Positions 59,497 through 64,000 of a DNA stretch of 64,000 nt are shown in pieces. The position numbers and the translations under genes were made by a program. Location of the stretch: positions 32,001-96,000 of the forward strand of contig CAVTHO010000009.1 of NCBI GenBank assembly GCA_963734545.1, in the 5' to 3' direction. How positions within the stretch are numbered: position 1 is the stretch's first letter; every line of letters starts with the position of its first letter. Origin of the DNA: an uncultured Spirochaetota bacterium (GTDB lineage: Bacteria; Spirochaetota; Spirochaetia; SZUA-6; Fen-1364). A model generated the notes under the pieces. It was not told the DNA's origin. It saw only the letters and a program-made list of their open reading frames with translations, and did no database searches.

Positions 59497-59871
59497 CTAT
59501 GCCTTCGGTCTCTTGGTGCCGTACTTGGACCGGGCCTTCTTGCGGTCTTCAACGCCGAGGGTATCCTTGGCACCGCGAATGATGTGGTAGCGGACGCCGG
59601 GGAGGTCTTTCACTTTTCCGCCGCGGATGAGCACCACGGAGTGCTCCTGAAGGTTGTGGCCGATGCCGGGGATGTACGCCGTGACGTCTATCCCGTTGGT
59701 CAACCGCACGCGGGCAACCTTGCGGAGAGCCGAGTTCGGCTTCTTGGGGGTTACGGTCATGACACGCGTGCACACTCCCCTTTTCTGAGGGCAGTTCTGG
59801 AGGGCCGGGGACTTCGTCTTCTTGCGGACCGCCTTGCGTCCCATCCTCACCAGCTGGTTGATCGTCGGCAT
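59497..59871 (-). CDS. rpsL: 30S ribosomal protein S12
   Basis: [29 protein letters not shown]. Confidence 0.98.
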   Translation of the reverse strand: MPTINQLVRMGRKAVRKKTKSPALQNCPQKRGVCTRVMTVTPKKPNSALRKVARVRLTNGIDVTAYIPGIGHNLQEHSVVLIRGGKVKDLPGVRYHIIRGAKDTLGVEDRKKARSKYGTKRPKA

Positions 59872-59899
59872 AAACCCTTCCTGCTACCTTTCTCTTCTT

Positions 59900-59965
59900 G
59901 ACGGCGTTCGCGCCGAACGGGTACAGCCTCACGCCGAGCGCGTACTCGCCCACTCCCGCAGCGTA
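59900..59965. repeat. TACN-hairpin family: doubly nested, decayed copy in the rpsL leader
   Basis: [GGCG TTCG CGCC]GA[ACGGG-TAC..GCC-GA-GCGCG TACT CGCCC-ACT-CCCG]. Confidence 0.8.
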
Positions 59966-59997
59966 TCTCTTCCTGATTCACAGACACGCGGATTTGA

Positions 59998-60026
59998 ACG
60001 TTACTATTCTGCAAAAAAAAAGTCAA
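59998..60026 (-). promoter_or_regulatory. str operon promoter TTGACT-17-TAACGT
   Basis: Read directly; AT-rich spacer in a GC-rich background. Confidence 0.7.
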
Positions 60027-60244
60027 CCCCTCATAACCGGTATCCGGGGCTTTGAGATCGTTCCTGTTGCCGTCCCCGTCCCTTTACGCCGGATGTCTCG
60101 TCCGGCGTTCCGAATGCCGCGAGCCCGCGAAACCCTTCAAACCCGCGGATGCCTCGGATCCCCTCCCAGAACGAGCCCACTCTATCACCGGCGAGCGTGC
60201 ATGTCCAGAGGCAGCACCACCCGCCGAATGACAATCGATACGTC

Positions 60245-63200
60245 TCAGTCTACCGCGAGGACGCTTTCCGCGGAGGGCATCTGGGCCCGCTCGGCCTCCA
60301 GCATGGCCTTCAGCTCGCGCTCCTTGCGCTTTTCCTCGATGATCCGGTTGATGGAGATATCGAGGTCCTCCATGTTCTCGTCGTAGAGCTTGATCTCCCG
60401 GTACTTCCGCATGCCCGTCCCCGCGGGGATCAGGTGGCCGATGATGACGTTCTCCTTCAGCCCGCGCAGGTGGTCCACGCTCCCCGAGATGGACGCGTTG
60501 GTGAGGACGCGTGTCGTCTCCTGGAAGGAGGCGGCCGACAGCCACGAGTCGATGTTCAGCGACACGCGGGTGATGCCCAGCAGGATGGGCCGCGCGACCG
60601 ACGGCTGTCCGCCCTCCCGCAGGGTCTTCCTGTTCTCCTCGTGGAACTTGAACCTGTCCACCTGCTGTCCGTAGATGAACGGCGTATCTCCCACGTCCAC
60701 GATCTCCACCTTCTTCATCATCTGGCGGATGATCACGCCGATGTGCTTGTCGTTGATGCGGACGCCCTGCAGACGGTACACCTCCTGGATCTCGTTCAGG
60801 AGGTAGCTGTGCAGCTCGGTTTCCCCCAGGATCTGCAGGATGTCGTGCGGGTCCTTCGGTCCATCGCAGAGCATGTCGCCGGCGTTCACCTCGTCCGCCT
60901 CGCGCACGAGGAGGTGTTTGCCCATGGGCACCAGGTGCTTGAACTCCCGGTCGAACGGGTCGGTGACCACGATGACGCGCTTGCCCTTCACAATGCCCTT
61001 GAATGACACCCGTCCGCTGACCTTCGCCAGCACCGAGGGGTTCTTCGGCTTCCGCGCTTCGAACAGCTCGCCGACGCGCGGCAGACCGCCCGTTATGTCG
61101 CTCGTCTTGACGCTTTCCCGCAGCAGCTTGGCGATGATCCTGCCCGCCTTCACCTCCTCCCCCTCGTCCACGTTGAGATAGGCGCTCCCGGGGAGGAAAT
61201 AGGCGGCAAGCTCGGTCCCCTTGCTGTCCTCGATGGTGATTCGCGGCTGGAGGGTCTCGAGGGTGTATTCGGTGATCTTCTTCTCGATCTTGCCCGGTGT
61301 CCTCGTTGACCTCCTCCTTCAGCGTGGTGCCCAGCACGATATCGTGGAATTTCAGCACGCCGGCGGCCTCCGCGATGATGGGCTCGCTGAACGGGTCGAA
61401 GAAGGCGATTGTCTCGTCCGCGGGCACCATGTCGTTCTCTTTCGCCACGACCTCCGCGCCGTTCCTGATGTCGATGTGCTGCGGCTGCGCGATCAGCAGC
61501 AGCCGGTCGGGGAGGAGCTTCACGTAGCAGATCTCCGAGCTGGTGAGCGTCTCTCCCTTCCTCTGGATGACCGGCTCGGGCCCGTGCTTGAGCAGCCGCT
61601 GCCCGTCCTTGACCAGCAGCTTGTCGCCCTTCTGCAGCTCGTAGCTCTGCAGGATGCGGCGCACCGTGATCGTGCCCTTGCGGGTGAAGAGCATGTTGCC
61701 ATTATCGATCTTCACCATGCTGCCTTTGATCTTCTCCACGTACACGGGGTACTTGAGGAAGATCCTGTTCTCCTCGCTGATCTTGGTCGCCGCGCCGCCG
61801 ATGTGGAAGGTCCTCATCGTGAGCTGGGTGCCGGGCTGCCCGATGGACTGCGCGGCGATGATGCCGACCGCCTCGCCGATCTCGATGGGCTTGTAGGTGG
61901 CCAGGTTGCGCCCGTAACAGCGCCCGCACACCCCGTACTTCGAGTCACAGGTGAGCACGGAGCGGATGCGCACGCCCTCGATTCCCGCTTCCTCGATTGC
62001 CTGGGAAATCTCGTCGGTGATCTCCTCGTTGACGTCGACGATCAGCTCGCCCGTGATCGGGTGCTTCACCTTTTCCAGGGAGAAGCGGCCGGAGATCCGG
62101 TCGTGCAGGTGCTCGACGATATCCTCGCCGTCCTTGATCGCCTTTCTCTCGATGCCGTTGATCGTCCCGCAGTCCTCCTCGGAGATGACCACGTCCTGCG
62201 CAATGTCCACGAGCCGCCGCGTGAGATAGCCGGCGTCCGCGGTCTTGAGCGCCGTGTCGGCAAGGCCCTTGCGCGCGCCGTTCGTGGAGATGAAAAACTC
62301 GATGACCGAGAGGCCTTCCTTGAAATTCGACCTGATGGGCAGCTCGATGATGTCGCCGGAAGGCTTGGCCATGAGTCCGCGCATGCCCGCGAGCTGGCGG
62401 ATCTGGCTCCTGCTTCCGCGGGCCCCCGAATGCGCCATCATGTAGACGGGATTGAAGCCGTCGTGGTCTTTCTTCAGCTCGTCCATCAGCTCATTGGTGA
62501 TCAGCTCGTTCGTGGAGCTCCACACCTCGATGACCCGGTTGTAGCGCTCCTCGTTGGTGATGTGTCCCTGGAGGTACTGGCGCTGGATCTCGTCGACCTG
62601 GGAGTTGGCCTCCTTGATCAGGGCCTTCTTCGCGCCGGGGATGACGATGTCATCCATGCCGATGGTGGCGCCGAACAGGGTGGCGTACTTGAACCCGAGG
62701 TCCTTCACCGCATCCAGCATTCTCACCGTGACCGCCGGACCCTTGTCCTTGTAGCACTGGGCAATAAGGTTCAGAAGCTCCTTCTCACCCATGGGATAGT
62801 TGAGGAATCCGAGGTCCCGGGGAATGTTGTCATTGAGGATGATGCGCCCGGGCGTTGTCTGCACCCAGTTTCCGTCGATCTTGACCTTGACCTGCGCCTG
62901 ATAGTCCACGCCCTTGGCGTCGACCGCGAGGATGCACTCGTCCGGCGAAGAGAAATGCTTGCCCTCCCCCTTCGCCCCGGCGCGCTCACGGGTGAGGTAG
63001 TTGATCCCCAGCACCATGTCCTGGGTGGGCACCGCAATGGGGTGACCGCTGGCAGGGTTGAGGAGGTTCTTGGAGGACAGGAGCAGCGTCCAGCACTCGG
63101 TCTGGGCCTCGGGCGTCAGGGGAACGTGCACCGCCATCTGGTCGCCGTCGAAGTCGGCATTGAACGCGTGGCAGACCAGTGGATGCAGCTTGATGGCCTT

Positions 63201-64000
63201 TCCCTCGACGAGGATCGGCTCGAATGCCTGGATGCCGAGCCTGTGCAGGGTGGGGGCCCGGTTCAGCATGATGGGGTGCTCCTGCACGACCTCTTCGAGC
63301 ACGGCCCAGACCTCGGGGCTCTCCTGCTCCACGAGGGTCTTGGCCTTCTTGATGTTGTACACGACATCCTTCTGCACGAGCTTGCGCATGATGAAGGGCT
63401 TGAAGAGCTCGAGGGCCATCTTGGAGGGCAGGCCGCACTGGTGCAGCTTCAGCTCGGGGCCGACCACGATGACGGACCTTCCCGAGTAGTCCACGCGCTT
63501 TCCCAGGAGGTTCTGCCGGAATCGTCCCTGCTTTCCCTTGAGCATGTCCGAAAGGGACTTGAGGGGCCTGTTGGCCGCTCCCTTCACGACGCGCTTCTTC
63601 TTCGAGTTGTCGAAAAGGGCGTCCACCGCCTCCTGGAGCATCCGCTTCTCGTTCCTGATGATGATGTCGGGCGCGTTGAGCGCGAGCAGCCTCTTGAGCC
63701 TGTTGTTGCGGTTGATGACGCGGCGATACAGGTCATTCAGGTCCGATGTCGCGAACCGCCCGCCATCGAGCTGGACCATGGGCCGCAGCTCGGGGGGAAT
63801 CACGGGGATGACCTCGAGAATCATCCACTCGGGCTTGTTCGACGAGGCCCGGAATTTCTCGATCAGCTCGATGCGCTTCAGCAGGCGCTTGTCCGCCTTG
63901 GCGCCCTTGTCGATCATCTTCCGGCGCAGCTCTTCGGCCAGCGTGTCGCTGTCCACGGACTCGAGCAGGGTGCGGACCGCCTCGGCGCCCATGCCGGCGG
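60245..64000 (-). CDS. rpoC: RNA polymerase beta' subunit (5' end outside window); +1 frameshift at 61291-61297
   Basis: [28 protein letters not shown]; the shifted frame continues [25 protein letters not shown]. Confidence 0.98.

Noticed and set aside
57048-59582. Long plus-strand ORFs opposite real genes (e.g. 57048..59582, 48242..49987, 31195..32856, 19085..20644)
   Set aside because: Antisense shadows expected from high GC3 codon bias; no recognisable motifs or RBS.
60084-61290. C-terminal 400 aa of the 1302-aa rpoC ORF as translated in the track
   Set aside because: Out-of-frame sequence after the indel at 61291-61297; the real C-terminus is ORF 60245..61171.
273-61297. Pseudogenes or programmed frameshifts in purE, tetR, ptsI, tlyA, rpoC and two envelope genes
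   Set aside because: Single-base indels with intact sequence on both sides, including essential rpoC; they sit mostly at one motif or in homopolymers and lack slippery-site features, so sequencing error is more likely.
1-64000. Transposase, integrase, reverse transcriptase or prophage genes that could mobilise the repeats
   Set aside because: No DDE, HUH/Y1, tyrosine/serine recombinase or YxDD-type ORF recognised in this window.

Overview
GC-rich (about two-thirds by eye) bacterial chromosome segment, most consistent with a free-living Spirochaetales: it carries a SpiroCoCo-type giant coiled-coil protein and the rplQ-rny-ymdB-tlyA-der neighbourhood. The right ~23 kb is one minus-strand supercluster: rpoC(3' part)-rpsL-rpsG-fusA-tuf-S10-spc-secY-rpmJ-alpha operon. 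The left ~41 kb holds purD/purE, a TetR-controlled epimerase-SDR fusion, rlmB, two orphan DNA methyltransferases, buk, an OMP/lipoprotein pair, an orphan histidine kinase, grpE-dnaK-dnaJ, a TPR-OMP-TonB cluster, a MerR/UAP1-like ORF, der, ptsI, tlyA, ymdB and rny. I saw no rRNA, tRNA, CRISPR, transposase or prophage gene. The main unexplained signal is a dispersed family of tiny hairpin repeats, core [stem]G-TACN-C[stem']-ATT, at about 12 loci. They form 25-27 bp tandem arrays whose stems covary between loci. They grow by recursive insertion of a 30-bp double-hairpin module into their own TACT loop. They sit in frame inside proteins, including ribosomal protein L23, adding an EEMRGVPRR-type peptide. 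Second signal: five of eight clear frameshifts are +1 insertions at the same heptamer TGCCCGG. This points to systematic (possibly methylation-linked) sequencing error rather than pseudogenisation. All assignments come from motif recognition; no database searches were run.
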